From the NCBI GenBank assembly GCA_047975385.1, contig JBKEDL010000073.1:11719-75718 (forward strand): a DNA stretch of 64,000 nucleotides, written 5' to 3'. The first letter of the stretch is position 1. Every line of letters starts with the position of its first letter. A program made the translations under genes and the position numbers. The notes beneath the pieces were generated by a model. It was given only the letters and a program-made list of their open reading frames with translations. It did not search any database and was not told the DNA's origin. Origin of the DNA: Enterococcus sp. (GTDB taxonomy: Bacteria > Bacillota > Bacilli > Lactobacillales > Enterococcaceae). This document shows, piece by piece, positions 10,998-21,706 of this stretch.

Positions 10998-11053
10998 TTG
11001 ACTAACAGTGTCGTCAAAATAGGGCAAAATTTAGTAGTCAGTCTGACGACAAA
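10998..11053. repeat. Putative integrase arm-type binding sites
   Basis: TTGACTAA, TGTCGTCA, TAGTAGTCA, TGACGACA; related TTAGTCA and TGTAGTCA at 62414-62431. Confidence 0.5.
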
Positions 11054-11212
11054 TTTAATACGGAAAATACCAAAACATTTACCGAATTTATCATATTTTT
11101 AACCCCTTAGGATAAAAAGGTACCAGTTTTCAAAAAAAGGCAAAACATATACTTTGGTGATAAAAAGTTAGTGTGATAGATATTCTCTAAATATTTTTTA
11201 GGAGATTTTTTA

Positions 11213-11869
11213 ATGGATAAGATCGATGGTCGAATTATTTGGAAGAATCAAAGTGACTTAAAATTGATTTTAACAATTAATAATTTTATCGAAAAACACG
11301 GAATTACATCTACGAGACAATATCAGAAAAAGTTAGCAGAATATCCCAATGAATCACCTAGTATTTGGTTCATCAATCAGAAATATGGGTCATGGGACAA
11401 CTTGCTAGAGAGTATTGGCCTTGAAAAAAATGATTATGGAAAATGGGCTAAGATGCCAGAAGACAAATTGATGGAAATAGTAGAAAGCTTTATAAGTGAT
11501 GAAAAAATTCGTTCACAGCGAAATTACGAAACCAAATCAGTTGGTAGAGATGTTCCTTCTTTAAGTACGTTGAAAAAAATAGTTGGTGATGTACGGCCAC
11601 TGTTTAGAAAAAAGGAACAGAAAAATTTATTAACTGACTTTCAATTATTGATGGAGCTGAGAGAAGAAATTATTCGATTAGGACTTGAAGAAGACTTATC
11701 AATGACAAAATTCCGTAAGCTATCAAAATCAGATAAACTTCCGTCAGCGATCACAATATTGAGAAGAACAAACAAATCTTGGGAGGAATTAATGGAAGAA
11801 ATTGGATTTGATTATCGGAAAATAAAAATTTATAAACAAAGAGACAATTTATCTCGAAAGAAAAGTTAA
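11213..11869 (+). CDS. Hypothetical basic protein with three internal ~70-aa repeats
   Basis: AGGAG RBS; repeated S-x-x-x-Y/F...PS-x4-(I/L)...SW motif. Confidence 0.75.
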   Translation: MDKIDGRIIWKNQSDLKLILTINNFIEKHGITSTRQYQKKLAEYPNESPSIWFINQKYGSWDNLLESIGLEKNDYGKWAKMPEDKLMEIVESFISDEKIRSQRNYETKSVGRDVPSLSTLKKIVGDVRPLFRKKEQKNLLTDFQLLMELREEIIRLGLEEDLSMTKFRKLSKSDKLPSAITILRRTNKSWEELMEEIGFDYRKIKIYKQRDNLSRKKS

Positions 11870-11882
11870 TAGCATCAAGCTT

Positions 11883-11922
11883 AAAAAGGCGTTCAAAACT
11901 AAAAATTTGAACGTCTTTTTTT
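11883..11922 (+). terminator. Intrinsic terminator before the adhesin gene
   Basis: AAAAAGGCGTTCAAA...TTTGAACGTCTTTTTTT. Confidence 0.8.
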
Positions 11923-11953
11923 ATTACCAAAAACCGAAAGGAGATTTTATTTT

Positions 11954-14900
11954 ATGAAAAAGCCGAGATTTAAAAATTGGCGATTATTTGCGACTTTAGC
12001 TCTGTTGGGTCAAACAATTGGCGGAACGATTGGTCCTACGATTGCCTTTGCCGATGAGATTATTCATCCGCAAACAGTGACTGTACACTGCGATTTGTCA
12101 CATTTATATGCGGTCGAAGGCACGTTCAGTGATGGTCGAACATTATCTGAGGTAACTGTTCCTCACTATGCTATCTATAATGGGGAGAAACAAGATATTT
12201 TCTGTATCGAACCGGGAGTGCCAATTTACAATGAGTTCACGCCAGGTTATGAGAAAAATCCATTGCCTGATATGTCGGAGAAAGCGAAATTAGTTTCAGT
12301 GTTATGGAAAAACGCCGGTACAGATATTGATACACAAATGGTTGCTCAAAAGATGATCTGGCAGGAGGCCAATGGGTATACGCTTCACTCTATGAAGCAT
12401 CCAGACGGTAGTGCCGTAAATATTGCAGCCATTGAAGCAAAAATCAATCAAGCCATTGCCGATTATCAGAAGAAACCTAGTTTTCATAATTCCACAGTAA
12501 AAACAGTGTTAGGTCAATCAACCACCGTGACAGATACGAATAATTTGAACTTGTCAGAGTTCGATGAAGTTGTGGAAAATACCGCAAATATTGATTATCG
12601 TGTGAACGGCAATCAATTGGTCATCACACCGAATGCCAATTCAAAAGAAAGCGGTGTGTTGACGCTTAAGAAATCTGCTGGTACCGGAACACCGGTCGCT
12701 TATAAGATGGCTGGTCAACAAACTTTAATGGCCGGGGTAATTGATAAGCCGAATACCTACACAATCAAAATTGATGTGGAAACGGAGGGTTCTTTAAAGA
12801 TCAAAAAAGTTGATAAAGAATCAGGTGCTATTGTACCAGGAACGGTTTTCCATTTAGATTTTGGAAAAGTGTTACCTGCAAAAGATGTAACTACTGATAA
12901 AGAAGGCATTGCTACATTGGATGGGATTCCTCATGGTACAAAGGTAACTATTACTGAAAAATCAGTGCCGGTGCCTTATACGATTGATACTACACCCATG
13001 ACTGCTACGATTAAAGCAGGTGAAACCATTTCTGTAACTTCAAAAAATACGCGAGAAAAAGGTCAAATCATTCTGGATAAAACTGGGATTGAAACAGGAA
13101 ATGATCTTTGGAACGACAACTATTCTTTAGCTGGCAACACGTTTGCTATTCGCAAGGACAGTCCCACTGGTGAAATTGTTCAAGAAATGACCACGGATGA
13201 AAAAGGCCATGCGGAAACGTCAAAAGAGATTGCTAATGCATTGGAATTGGGAACTTACTACGTGACCGAAACCAAAGCCTCTAATGGTTTCGTGAATACT
13301 TTCAAACCCGTAAAAGTTGAATTGAAGTATGCCAATCAAACCGTGGCTCTTGTTACCAGTAACGTAAAAGGGCAAAACCAAGAAATCACTGGTGAAACCA
13401 CTTTGATAAAAGAAGACAAAGATACTGGAGATAAAACACAAGGCAAGGCAGTCTTTGAGGGTGCTGAATATACCTTGTTTACTGCTAAAGATGGTAAGCC
13501 TGTTAAGTGGGCAGATGCCTGTAAACCAGAATTAGTGAAAGGGACTAAAGCTTCTGATGAAACCGTGACTTTGACTTTGGATGAAGAGAATCAAGTTGCC
13601 GTTAAACATTTAGCCATCAACGAGTATTATTGGCAAGAAACCAAAGCACCTGAAGGGTATACCTTGGATGAAACGAAGTATCCTGTATCCATCAAAAAGG
13701 TGGATGATAGCGAAAAAAATGCCGTAATTACTCGAGATGTTACGGCAAAAGAACAAGTGATTCGCTTTGGTTTTGATTTCTTTAAATTTGCCGGATCAGC
13801 TACGGGCACTGCCGAAACTGGCTTCAATGATCTGACCTTTAAAGTGTCGCCATTAGAAGGAACCAATGAAATCACAGGTGCTGAAGATGAAGCAATCACA
13901 GCTTCTAACGAGCAATTAGGGTTTGATGGCTACGGTAAATTTGAAAATCTTCCTTATGGGGATTATTTACTTGAAGAAGTAGAAGCCCCAGAAGGATTTC
14001 AAAAGATTACACCATTAGAAATCCGTTCTACATTTAAGGAAAACAAAGAAGACTTTGTGAAGAGTGAATATGTCTTTACCATTACTGAAAAAGGACAAAA
14101 ACAACCGATTAAAACGGCGACCGTTCCTTACGAGAAACTGACGAACAACGCATTTTCCGTTAGTTTGAACCGTTTAATGCTCTATGATTTACCTGAGGAA
14201 GAAGATAGTTTAACTTCCCTTGCGACATGGAGAGACGGAGACAAAGAATTAACCACATTGGATTCTACTGACCTGTTGATAAATTGAGCTATAACTTGCA
14301 TGAAATTAAAGAAGACTGGTATGTGGTAGCGCAAGCTATTGATGTGGAAGCCACAAAAGCTGCCCAAGAAAAAAATGAAAAAGCCAAACCAGTGGTAATT
14401 GCCGAAACAACGGTCACTTTGGCGAACAAAGAGAAAACAGGAACTTGGGAAATTCTGCATAAATTAACGACCGAACAAGTTTTGGATAAAACCATCGTCT
14501 TGTTCAACTATGTGTATGAAAACAAGGAAGCCTTTGAAGCAGGTGACGATCCAGTAGCGAAGGATGCTAGTTTAATAACCAAGCCCAAACTGTTAATTGT
14601 ACAGTGGAACGCCATGTTTCCATCCAAACCAAAGCCCACCTAGAAGACGGTTCGCAGACCTTTACTCATGGTGATGTGGTGGATATGTTTGATGATGTAT
14701 CCATTACTCATGATGTACTGGATGGCTCAAAAGAAGCTTTCGAAACAATTCTGTACGCCTTATTACCGGATGGTACGACCAAAGAAATTTGGAAATCTGG
14801 CAAAATTGATTATGAAGTGAATGACAAAGAATTTACCAAAACCGTGCTTGCAGAAAAAGTAGACACCGGAAAGTATCCAGAAGGAACCAAGTTTACTTTT

Positions 14901-15179
14901 GCGGAAATCAATTATGATAAAGATGGGAATATCAATGGGAAACACAATGAAGATTTGAAAGAAAAATCCCAAACCTTGACGCCAAAAGAAGTGCCAACTA
15001 CACCAAGTACGCCGGAACAACCGGAAACACCAACTGTTCCAAGCGACTCTCAAGAATCTAGTCCTACAGTGAAGAAATTCCCTCAAACCGGGGAGAAAAA
15101 TTCTAATGTGTTATTGTTCATTGGCTTTACCTTGATCTTTGCGACGGCGGGCTATTATTTCTGGAATCGGCGGAACTAA
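11954..15179 (+). pseudogene. Sortase-anchored adhesin (thioester domain plus SpaA/CnaB-like repeats) broken by two -1 frameshifts
   Basis: Signal peptide, FCIEP and Q-x-x-IW, ETKAP repeats, FPQTG-TM-RRN tail; frameshifts near 14274 and 14575. Confidence 0.85.
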
Positions 15180-15218
15180 GGTGATGTGATGAAACAACTA
15201 AATAGGAAGAACCAACGT

Positions 15219-15257
15219 GCGCGACCGCCTCCTAAAAAAAGTGGTCGCGCTATTTTT
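15219..15257 (+). terminator. GC-rich hairpin upstream of the orf23 homolog
   Basis: GCGCGACCGC...GTGGTCGCGC followed by TATTTTT. Confidence 0.6.
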
Positions 15258-15291
15258 GTATCCAAAACTAACAATGAAAAGAGGAAAAAAG

Positions 15292-15606
15292 ATGGAATTG
15301 AAATTTGTTGTGCCAGACATGGCCGAAACCTTTGGAAAGATCAGTTATGCCGGAGAAGGCGAAGTTTTAACAGAAGGATATGGACGGAATACTACAGTAA
15401 TTGGTCGTAGTTATCATTTGTATTCCAGTAAACAACGAGCTGATGATATTGAAGTGGTGGTAGCTGCGGAAGCTGGTGAAAAGGATTTTGATCAAGATCA
15501 ACCGCTAAAAGCCGTGAATCCTCACTTGGTTGCCAAAGGCTATGAGATTGAGAATCGTGGGTTTACTGATTACGTGTTGTATGTCGATGATCTAGTGAAA
15601 GCATAG
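15292..15606 (+). CDS. YdcP/DUF961 protein (Tn916 Orf23/HelP-like)
   Basis: MELKFVVPDMAETFG...YHLYSSKQRADDI. Confidence 0.88.
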   Translation: MELKFVVPDMAETFGKISYAGEGEVLTEGYGRNTTVIGRSYHLYSSKQRADDIEVVVAAEAGEKDFDQDQPLKAVNPHLVAKGYEIENRGFTDYVLYVDDLVKA

Positions 15607-15612
15607 GAGGAA

Positions 15613-15993
15613 ATGAAGATGAGATTAACAGAAGGTATTGTCGTAGATTCAGGATTAACGTTTGGGAAGTTGCGCTTTTCCGCATTACGTCGAGAAGTAC
15701 GGAAACAAAATGAGGATGGAACGGTTAGTAATGAGGTAAAAGAACGAACCTATAATTTGAAATCCTCTGCGCAAGGTCGAATGATCCAAGTTAGTATCCC
15801 AGCAAATGTACCCTTACGTGAGTTTGCTTATGATGCAGAGGTAGAGCTGGTCAATCCAATCGTGGATACGGTCGCCAATTATGTTTTTCGAGAAGGAACC
15901 ACCGTTAATTGGTTCATTAAGGCGGATGATTTAGTCTTGAAACGACAACCGAATCAAGCAAACCCTACAAACCAAAATGAAGGAAAGAAATAG
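15613..15993 (+). CDS. YdcP/DUF961 protein (Tn916 Orf22-like)
   Basis: TFGKLRFSALRREV...QGRMIQVSIPA. Confidence 0.9.
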   Translation: MKMRLTEGIVVDSGLTFGKLRFSALRREVRKQNEDGTVSNEVKERTYNLKSSAQGRMIQVSIPANVPLREFAYDAEVELVNPIVDTVANYVFREGTTVNWFIKADDLVLKRQPNQANPTNQNEGKK

Positions 15994-16338
15994 GTGAAAA
16001 GAATGGAAATTAATGTTGAACATATTTTAGATTGTCTCGATCGTTATGGCAAAGGAGAACTAACCAAAGAACAAGTCAACGAAGATTTGACGATAGATGA
16101 AAAAGTATTTCTTATTATGAATCAGGATTTTTTCGAAAACGATGAGGAAGATTTTGACGTACTCAAATGGTTGAATGAAGAAGAGTCCTTCTTTATGGTT
16201 GTCGAAGTAAATGAAAATTTATGTCGACAGGCAGAATCTGTCTTGGAAGAAATCGGTGTAGAGATGCCAGATGCCATTGAACGCTTTTTAAAACAATTGG
16301 TTGAAACGAAACAGCTTCACGTAGGAGTAAATGACTAG
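15994..16338 (+). CDS. Acidic protein with RelB/DinJ-like C-terminal domain
   Basis: VNENLCRQAESVLEEIGVEMPDAIERFLKQLV resembles RelB/DinJ ribbon-helix-helix. Confidence 0.55.
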   Translation: MKRMEINVEHILDCLDRYGKGELTKEQVNEDLTIDEKVFLIMNQDFFENDEEDFDVLKWLNEEESFFMVVEVNENLCRQAESVLEEIGVEMPDAIERFLKQLVETKQLHVGVND

Positions 16339-16350
16339 CATAACGGTTTG

Positions 16351-16384
16351 AAATTGCCCAATAAAATCCTATTGGGCGATTTTT
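16351..16384 (+). terminator. Intrinsic terminator before the coupling protein
   Basis: ATTGCCCAATA...TATTGGGCGATTTTT. Confidence 0.7.
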
Positions 16385-16386
16385 GA

Positions 16387-17775
16387 ATGGAGGTGGAAAC
16401 CATTAAAATGTACAAAGGACATCGCATACGTGCAGGAGATCAACACTTGGTTTATCACTTTGTTCTTGGCTGGCTAATTGCTTTGTTCATCGGTTGGATG
16501 GGTGTCTTTTATTTTCAAGAACTTAGACAATTTGATCTTTCTAAGGTATCACTTTCCACTATTAAAATTGTTTGGTCTATAAAAGATTTAGTATGTCTGC
16601 TTGGAAGTCTCGCTCTTTCAGGAGCTATGATGTTACTTTATATTCATTTTTTTCAGGATCATTGGCGAAGTTTGTGGCATCGACAAAAGCTAGCCCGAAT
16701 GATTCTAGAAAACCATTGGTATGAAGTGAAACAAACTCAAAGTGAAGGCTTTTTCAAAGATTTGAATAGTAGTCGGACCAAAGAGAGTATCAGTTACTTC
16801 CCCAAAATTTATTATCGAATGAAGGATGGCTTACTGTCTATTCGTGTTCAAATTTCACTAGGAAAATATCAAGATCAACTATTGAAACTAGAAAAGAAGT
16901 TAGAAAGCGGACTGTATTGTGAGTTAGTTGAAAAGGAACTCAAAGACTCCTATGTGGAATACACCTTGTTATACGATATGATTGCCAATCGAATTGGAAT
17001 TGAAGAAGTAGTGGCAGAAAACGGGACTCTGCGATTGATGAAAAATCAAGTATGGGCCTATGATTCTTTACCCCATATGTTAATCGCTGGTGGCACAGGT
17101 GGAGGGAAGACCTATTTCCTCCTCACCATTATCGAAGCACTATTGAAGTCGGATGCAGAATTGTTTATTCTCGATCCAAAAAATGCAGATCTTGCCGATT
17201 TAGGTACGGTAATGCCCCATGTCTATTCCCAAAAAGAAGAAATTTCTGCTTGTGTAGAAGATTTTTACGAACGCATGATGACTCGTAGCAAGGCAATGAA
17301 AGAAATGCCCAACTACAAAACAGGAGAGAATTATGCCTATCTTGGACTTCCGCCAAATTTTTTAATCTTTGATGAATACGTGGCTTATATGGAAATGTTA
17401 ACGACTAAGGAGAGTGCCGTGATTTTGAATAAGCTTAAACAAATTGTGATGTTAGGTCGCCAGTCTGGTTTCTTTCTGATTCTAGCTTGTCAAAGGCCGG
17501 ATGCGAAATATTTAGGAGACGGAATTCGCGATCAATTTAACTTTCGAGTGGCTTTGGGTCGCATGAGTGAGATCGGGTATTCCATGATGTATGGAGAAGT
17601 TGATAAAAATTTCTTCATGAAACGAATTAAAGGTCGAGGCTATGTAGATACTGGAGGGAGTGTGATTAGTGAGTTTTATACGCCACTTGTACCAAAAGGG
17701 TATGATTTCTTAAAGGAAATTAGTAACATTGATGGATTAACCGTTCATATGGAAAGAGAAGATAATAGTATGTAG
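16387..17775 (+). CDS. FtsK/SpoIIIE-type coupling protein (Orf21/TcpA)
   Basis: Two TM helices, GGTGGGKT, LIFDE, QRPDA. Confidence 0.93.
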   Translation: MEVETIKMYKGHRIRAGDQHLVYHFVLGWLIALFIGWMGVFYFQELRQFDLSKVSLSTIKIVWSIKDLVCLLGSLALSGAMMLLYIHFFQDHWRSLWHRQKLARMILENHWYEVKQTQSEGFFKDLNSSRTKESISYFPKIYYRMKDGLLSIRVQISLGKYQDQLLKLEKKLESGLYCELVEKELKDSYVEYTLLYDMIANRIGIEEVVAENGTLRLMKNQVWAYDSLPHMLIAGGTGGGKTYFLLTIIEALLKSDAELFILDPKNADLADLGTVMPHVYSQKEEISACVEDFYERMMTRSKAMKEMPNYKTGENYAYLGLPPNFLIFDEYVAYMEMLTTKESAVILNKLKQIVMLGRQSGFFLILACQRPDAKYLGDGIRDQFNFRVALGRMSEIGYSMMYGEVDKNFFMKRIKGRGYVDTGGSVISEFYTPLVPKGYDFLKEISNIDGLTVHMEREDNSM

Positions 17776-17807
17776 CCTGGAAATATCAATAATTCTGGGC
17801 TTTTTTT
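17774..17807 (+). terminator. Intrinsic terminator
   Basis: AGCCTGGAA...TTCTGGGCTTTTTTT. Confidence 0.7.
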
Positions 17808-17817
17808 GAGGTGATTT

Positions 17818-20800
17818 ATGACATTTTTAGATTTATTCGCCGGGATTGGTGGCTTTCGCTTAGGTATGGAACAAGCGGGTCACCAGTGTATCGGCTTTTG
17901 TGAAATTGATGAGTTTGCTCGGCGGAGTTATAAGGCAATCCATGATACAAGGAAGGAGGTGGAAATGCATGACATCACAAGTGTATCAGACGAGTTTGTT
18001 CAATCCCTCGGACCAGTGGACATCCTTTGCGGCGGATTTCCGTGCGTGCGATGCGTTCCTAATTGAAAAGATTAGGCACTGAATTATTTAAGAACGCAAA
18101 TGTGTTCAGTTCAGTAGAACTGATGATTCAAATGGTGGAATGAAGGGCTAACAACCTGAAACGCCTACCCTGAGATTACGCTGTGCAAAATTATGGGTAA
18201 TCATAGTGATGTACAAAGCGCGTTAAAGTCGGCAGAGAGTTGCCCAAACAAAGAAAAAATTATTTTCAGATGTGGAAAGTTGTCCAGAGGTGGATGACGC
18301 AGCCTATATGCCGGGGGTCTAAAAACTATCTATGGTTAGTATGTAATGACAATTACTAAGCGAATGTCCGAATGTACGGGTCTAGAGAATGCAGGTAATA
18401 GAAATGTTATCACCATTATTTGTGGGGTGTGTGGGGTCTAGTAAAATTGCATGGTATGAAAAACCTTGTAACGTTAAAGGCGTTACCAAGCACACAGGCT
18501 CAGAGGGCAAACCTAAGGATAGAAATTTATAGATTGAATCATTGGAACGCAGTAAGTTCAGGACGTGGAGTGATTACACACGATGAAGCGGTAATAGGGA
18601 AAACAAACTTGTATAACCTAATTTTATCTGAAGGAAAGCGGAGCCACAGTACCGATGAAATCATGGAAACATGATGGAGGGATAGGCTCTAGTCGACAGT
18701 CTTAAATAAACAATTCAATACACATATCTTCTAAGGTTCGAGTACGACTAAGAAAGGCAAAGTATTCTGAAAAGGAGAACTGCCGACTTTGACAACTGAG
18801 AAAACAACTAAAAAGCAAAAACTAAGAAATGCTGAGTATTATGATTTTCAGATGAATCAAGACGAACTTTATAGACAGAGTAAAGATGGAAAAATATTTA
18901 AACATTTAATGGATATTATCTCGTCTGAGCAAAATATAAAATTAGCCTTTCGAAACATTAAGAAAAACAGAGGAAGTCATACAGCTGGTGTTGATAATAA
19001 AAATATCGAGGATCTTGCCAAATGGCAAGATGAGGCACTAATCAAGCATGTGAAACGTAAGTTTCAATGGTACGAACCTCAAGCTGTACGTAGGGTTCAA
19101 ATACCAAAGTCAAATGATTCGACTAAAACGAGACCATTAGGAATCCCTACAATTATGGATAGACTTATCCAACAATGTATTCTTCAAATCATGGAGCCGA
19201 TATGTGAGGCTAAATTTTATAATAAAAATAATGGATTCCGCCCCAATCGCAGTTGCGAACATGCTTTAGCTCAGGCTGAAAAAAATATGCAGCTGTCCAA
19301 ATTACATTTCGTCGTAGATATTGACATCAAAGGATTCTTTGACAATGTGAATCATGGGAAGCTATTAAAACAGTTGTGGACGATAGGAATTCGAGATAAA
19401 AAGCTCATTAGTATACTCTCGGCCATGTTAAAAGCAGAAATAGCTGATATAGGTTTTCCTGAAAAAGGCTCTCCACAGGGCTCCATCATTTCACCACTGT
19501 TGTCGAATGTTGTTTTAAATGAACTAGATTGGTGGATTTCAAGCCAATGGGAAACAATCCCAACACGAAAAGAGTTTAAACAGCATAAGGGGCACTCAGG
19601 TGGACGTCTCCAAGCACTTAAAAAGACGAATCTTAAAGAATGTCGGTTAGTACGTTACGCTGATGATTTTAAAATCTTTTGTCGTAAGAAAAAAGATGCG
19701 GAGAAAATCTTTATTGCCACAGAGAAATGGTTGAAAGATAGATTGGGTCTATCTATCAGTCCTGAGAAATCTAAAATTGTGAATCTTAAGAAAGAATACT
19801 CTGAGTTTTTAGGATTTAAATTGAAGGTTACTAGGAAAGGGAAATATTCTAATGGGAAGCCACGCTTTGTAGTGAGGTCTCATCTATCAGAAAAGTCTAT
19901 GAAGAAGATTAATATTAACGCAAAGCGTCGAATCAGTGACCTGCAGAAGCCCTCTGACAAGCAAGAGAGTTATAAAGCAGTACAAAATTATAACTCGTTT
20001 GTCTTAGGTGTTCATAATTATTACTCAATGGCAACACATGCTAGCTTGGATTTTGCAAAAATAGCCTTTCCTATCGGAAAGATCCTAAAAGGAAGATTAC
20101 AAGGGAACATATCAAAAGAAAGAGGAATTTGTAGCGAAATTATTAGAAAGAGATACGGAAAGAGCAAGCAATTAGCTTATGTTTATGGATTTGCGTTAAT
20201 TCCTATTAGTTATGTCCAACACAAAACCCCACTGGATAAAAAACTAGAAATTAATCAGTATACTCCAAAGGGACGGATGTTAATTCATAAGCAATTAGGA
20301 CAAACGATTAATCCTAATCTATTAAAATACCTTATGCTAAATCCAATAAAAGGAAAAAGTATTGAGTACAACGATAACCGCCTGTCACTTTTCTGTGCAC
20401 AGAAAGGAAAATGTGCGATTACAAGTAGCGAGCTAACAATTGGTAACATGCACTGTCACCACAAATTGCCTCTAAAATTAGGTGGGAATGATGGATACAA
20501 TAATCTGGTTTTTGTGACAATTGACTCTCATAAGCTGATCCATGCTTCCAATCCTGTTCTAATTTCTGAATTGCTACAAAATTTAAATCTCTCAGCTACG
20601 CAACTAGGAAAAATTAATGTGTTGCGAAAGCAGATGAATCTTCCGATTATTGAATAAATTTCAAAGTTGAAAATGTGTATATGAATTTAAGGAAAGACTG
20701 TCGATGGAAAGCCGTGTGAGGTGAAAGTCTCATGCACGGTTTGGAGCGGGGGAAAATCTGGAGATGACCTCAAAAGATTACCTATCGCTATCAAGCTTTT

Positions 20801-21706
20801 TCAATTGCGGGAAAGCGGCAAGGATTTTCCGATACTCGAGGTACTTTATTCTTTGAAATCGCTCGGTTCGCCACTCTTCTCCAACCTAAGTTTTTATTCC
20901 TTGAGAACGTCCGGGGATTGCTCAATCACGAAGGAGGGGCTACGTTCGAGACGATCCTCCGAACGCTGGATGGACTGGGGTATGATGTGGAATGGCAGGT
21001 GCTTAACTCAAAGGCCTACCTTCCCCAAAGCCGCGAGCGGGTCTTCCTTATCGGACATTCTCGAGATGCATGTACCAAACAAGTATTTCCTATCATTGGA
21101 CCGTCTCCAACATCTGATCAAAACATCAGAAACTTGTTAAATATCAATCCTTCCAATCGAGGAATGGGTGGACAAGTCTATGGTTCAGATGGGGTTGCCC
21201 CAACCTTAACCGGTGATGAAGGAATCAAAATCGCACTACCGGTAAAGGATGGGATTTCTGTAGCAGGTATGTTATCGGGAAATTTTGAACAAGGCAATCG
21301 GATTTATGAGGTAACCGGTACAGCTCCCACCCTGTCAACGAAACAAGGGGGAACGAAGATTATGATTCGGAAAAATGGAACAGAATATCAAGAGGTGAAG
21401 CCAGGGGACAGTGTGAACCTGGCTTTTCCTAATTCCACAAGTCGTCGAGGCCGTCTGGGAAAACAAAGTGTGCATACTTTACTAACAGGAGACCAACAAG
21501 CAGTCGTCACAGATCAGTATCAGATTAGGAAGCTAACACCTAGGGAGTGTTGGCGACTTCAAGGGTTTCCCGATTGGGCTTTTGACCGGGCATCTCAAGT
21601 CAATTCAGATAGTCAGTTGTATAAACAGGCCGGAAACTCTGTTACAGTTCCGGTCATTTTTGATATTGCTAGAAGATTGAAGGAGGTAAAAACAGATGAT
21701 TTATGA
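17818..21706 (+). CDS. C5 cytosine DNA methyltransferase, join(17818..18045,20792..21706), 380 aa after splicing
   Basis: FAGIGG; GGFPC|QAFSIAG restored by intron removal; ENVRGL, QSRERVF, LTPRECWRLQGF, AGNSV. Confidence 0.93.
18046..20791 (+). mobile_element. Group II intron 1 (probably class B/IIB)
   Basis: GTGCG start; DV AAGCCGTGTGAGGTGAAAGTCTCATGCACGGTTT at 20709-20742; ends CCTATCGCTAT; removal restores the MTase. Confidence 0.95.
18789..20657 (+). CDS. ltrA: Intron-encoded reverse transcriptase/maturase/HNH endonuclease
   Basis: RPLGIPT, DIKGFFD, PQG, YADD, C-terminal HH...NL...H. Confidence 0.95.
   Translation: MTTEKTTKKQKLRNAEYYDFQMNQDELYRQSKDGKIFKHLMDIISSEQNIKLAFRNIKKNRGSHTAGVDNKNIEDLAKWQDEALIKHVKRKFQWYEPQAVRRVQIPKSNDSTKTRPLGIPTIMDRLIQQCILQIMEPICEAKFYNKNNGFRPNRSCEHALAQAEKNMQLSKLHFVVDIDIKGFFDNVNHGKLLKQLWTIGIRDKKLISILSAMLKAEIADIGFPEKGSPQGSIISPLLSNVVLNELDWWISSQWETIPTRKEFKQHKGHSGGRLQALKKTNLKECRLVRYADDFKIFCRKKKDAEKIFIATEKWLKDRLGLSISPEKSKIVNLKKEYSEFLGFKLKVTRKGKYSNGKPRFVVRSHLSEKSMKKININAKRRISDLQKPSDKQESYKAVQNYNSFVLGVHNYYSMATHASLDFAKIAFPIGKILKGRLQGNISKERGICSEIIRKRYGKSKQLAYVYGFALIPISYVQHKTPLDKKLEINQYTPKGRMLIHKQLGQTINPNLLKYLMLNPIKGKSIEYNDNRLSLFCAQKGKCAITSSELTIGNMHCHHKLPLKLGGNDGYNNLVFVTIDSHKLIHASNPVLISELLQNLNLSATQLGKINVLRKQMNLPIIE

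Noticed and set aside
15186..15410. 74-aa ORF with RARPP
   Set aside because: Overlaps the hairpin and the orf23 homolog out of frame; a leader-peptide role cannot be supported
18420..18674. 84-aa ORF (also 30744-30980 on the minus strand)
   Set aside because: Lies within intron ribozyme domains; no protein motifs
20721..21140. 139-aa ORF starting in intron DV
   Set aside because: Spans the DV/DVI ribozyme and overlaps MTase exon 2 out of frame
20918..21706. Stand-alone 262-aa MTase
   Set aside because: It is the in-frame part of exon 2 (starts 20792) and lacks motifs I-VI
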